A stretch of DNA of 64,000 nt. It comes from a virus. Numbering within the stretch: the first letter of the stretch is position 1; each line of letters begins with the position of its first letter. A program made the position numbers and the translations under genes. Where the stretch lies: IMG/VR virus record IMGVR_UViG_3300050821_001858, positions 49,067 to 113,066 of that record. One strand, 5' to 3'. This document shows positions 62,883 through 64,000 of the stretch, piece by piece. The notes beneath the pieces were generated by a model. The model was not told where the DNA came from. It searched no databases and saw only the letters and a program-made list of their open reading frames with translations.

Positions 62883-63317
62883 ATGAAGAAATTCCTACTT
62901 GTTGCTGCCGCGTGTGTAGCATTCGTGTCACCTCTTCACGCTGAAGCTGGTGTGGTCAATTTTGTGTGTTCCAACATTTTGATCAACCCCCAGGATCGTG
63001 ATCCTGATCCCACCTATAAGATTACGGTTGATCTTCGATTGAGTGATGATGGTGTCTACATTGTTGGCACTCGGGTTATTCATCATTCAATTCATGGTGC
63101 TCAATATGTTCGGCATCGTCAGTATCCCAATTTTCATGGTACAGATAAGTCCAATGGAAATATTGATGTGTTGTGGGATGGTGACAATCAATATGGTCAT
63201 ATGACTGGTCATGTGTTTTGGTATAATCAGAATTGGCATTATACCGAAAGATTAGTCAAGAATGGTCGAGTGATGTTTGACTTGGATAGCATTTGTTCAA
63301 TTGTGAATGGAGAATAA
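62883..63317 (+). CDS. Secreted protein
   Basis: MKKFLL..AAC signal peptide. Confidence 0.75.
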   Translation: MKKFLLVAAACVAFVSPLHAEAGVVNFVCSNILINPQDRDPDPTYKITVDLRLSDDGVYIVGTRVIHHSIHGAQYVRHRQYPNFHGTDKSNGNIDVLWDGDNQYGHMTGHVFWYNQNWHYTERLVKNGRVMFDLDSICSIVNGE

Positions 63318-63318
63318 A

Positions 63319-63630
63319 GTGAAGAAATTCCTACTTATTGCTGCCGCGTGTGCAGCCCTCGTGTCGCCTGTTCATGCAGGTATCTTTCATAGAGAGTACA
63401 CATGCATTGTTATCGATAAGGACCCCCCTCTTAATGTACGAGCGACCCCTGGTGGTCGTATCATTGGAGGTTTTGATCGTGGTGATAAGGTGATTGTCGT
63501 TAGCGCCGACCGCCATCCAAACGCGAGTTGGGTATACGTCGAGTCCCCCACTGAGGGTGCTGTTGCAGGGTGGGTTTATCGTTCCCTTCTTGGAAGTTGC
63601 ATCTGGGAAAATATTGAGGGAGAACCATAA
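63319..63630 (+). CDS. Secreted bacterial SH3-domain protein
   Basis: LNVRATP.G.IIG....G..V...W.YV...GWV. Confidence 0.75.
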   Translation: MKKFLLIAAACAALVSPVHAGIFHREYTCIVIDKDPPLNVRATPGGRIIGGFDRGDKVIVVSADRHPNASWVYVESPTEGAVAGWVYRSLLGSCIWENIEGEP

Positions 63631-64000
63631 TGAAGAAATTCCTAATGGCTTTGGTAGCAGTACAAGTCTTTGTTGTTGCATCATCACAAGTCTCACATGC
63701 CCAAGCGTTCTCTTCCTATTGGAACCACAACGGTTCCATTATGGGATTAGCTGCACAAGGCAATCAACGTGCATTTGTTTATGTTCAGCCACGTCCTGGC
63801 ATGGCTGAGTTGGGTGTGCAGGGGGAAAGCTTTTTCGAGGGAGTGAGTGATGGTCATGCCTATTACGGAACAGCATTTGCTTTTTCCCCTCGTTGTGGAA
63901 AGCTTCCGTTTCCGGTATCGGGACCGATTTCACCTGATCAATTGCATGTGGTTCTGTTTGGTAACATGCCACGGACTGATCCGGTGACGTGTCAGATTGT
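63630..64000 (+). CDS. Secreted protein, runs off the window end
   Basis: MKKFLM signal peptide, WNHNGS.M.L motif, frame open to the end. Confidence 0.7.
   Translation, partial: MKKFLMALVAVQVFVVASSQVSHAQAFSSYWNHNGSIMGLAAQGNQRAFVYVQPRPGMAELGVQGESFFEGVSDGHAYYGTAFAFSPRCGKLPFPVSGPISPDQLHVVLFGNMPRTDPVTCQI

Noticed and set aside
1-64000. Genome-wide UGA or UAG reassignment
   Set aside because: Conserved genes are full length in the standard code, many end in TGA with ATGA/TGATG coupling, and no UCA or CUA anticodon tRNA was found.
1-64000. CRISPR array, rRNA, integrase or transposase
   Set aside because: No regularly spaced repeats or recognisable motifs were seen. The Cas4-like nuclease at 34796 is a common stand-alone phage exonuclease.

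Overview
64 kb of a large T4-like myovirus genome. The host is most likely an alphaproteobacterium, based on the two-piece tmRNA with an ASNDNF...ALAA tag, a Usg-family gene and a tRNA-His with A73. Layout: (1) 1-4.6 kb has the C-terminal part of a class II ribonucleotide reductase and cell-wall hydrolases. (2) 5.3-22.7 kb is an RNA-rich block: about 39 tRNA genes covering all 20 amino acids (many structurally atypical), two circularly permuted tRNA-like domains, a GOLLD-like RNA with an embedded tRNA-His, an RNase P RNA, several orphan structured RNAs, and a compact RF1-like release factor gene interrupted by an in-frame UGA. (3) 24-33 kb has methionine aminopeptidase, glutaredoxin and an NDP-heptose pathway with a glycosyltransferase. 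(4) 33-48 kb has accessory genes, tmRNA, gp33, gp59 and gp32. (5) 49-63 kb has holin, gp2, tail and baseplate genes (including a likely gp26/gp51 -1 frameshift) and a 1624-aa multi-hydrolase protein. About 35 AT-rich micro-ORFs of 55-80 aa are interleaved between genes throughout. Strongest candidates for undescribed biology: the UGA-gated release factor, Arg tRNAs with a relocated D-loop, permuted tRNA genes, ORFs whose stop codon lies inside a tRNA, and the micro-ORF family. All calls are by eye from motifs and base pairing; no database searches were run.
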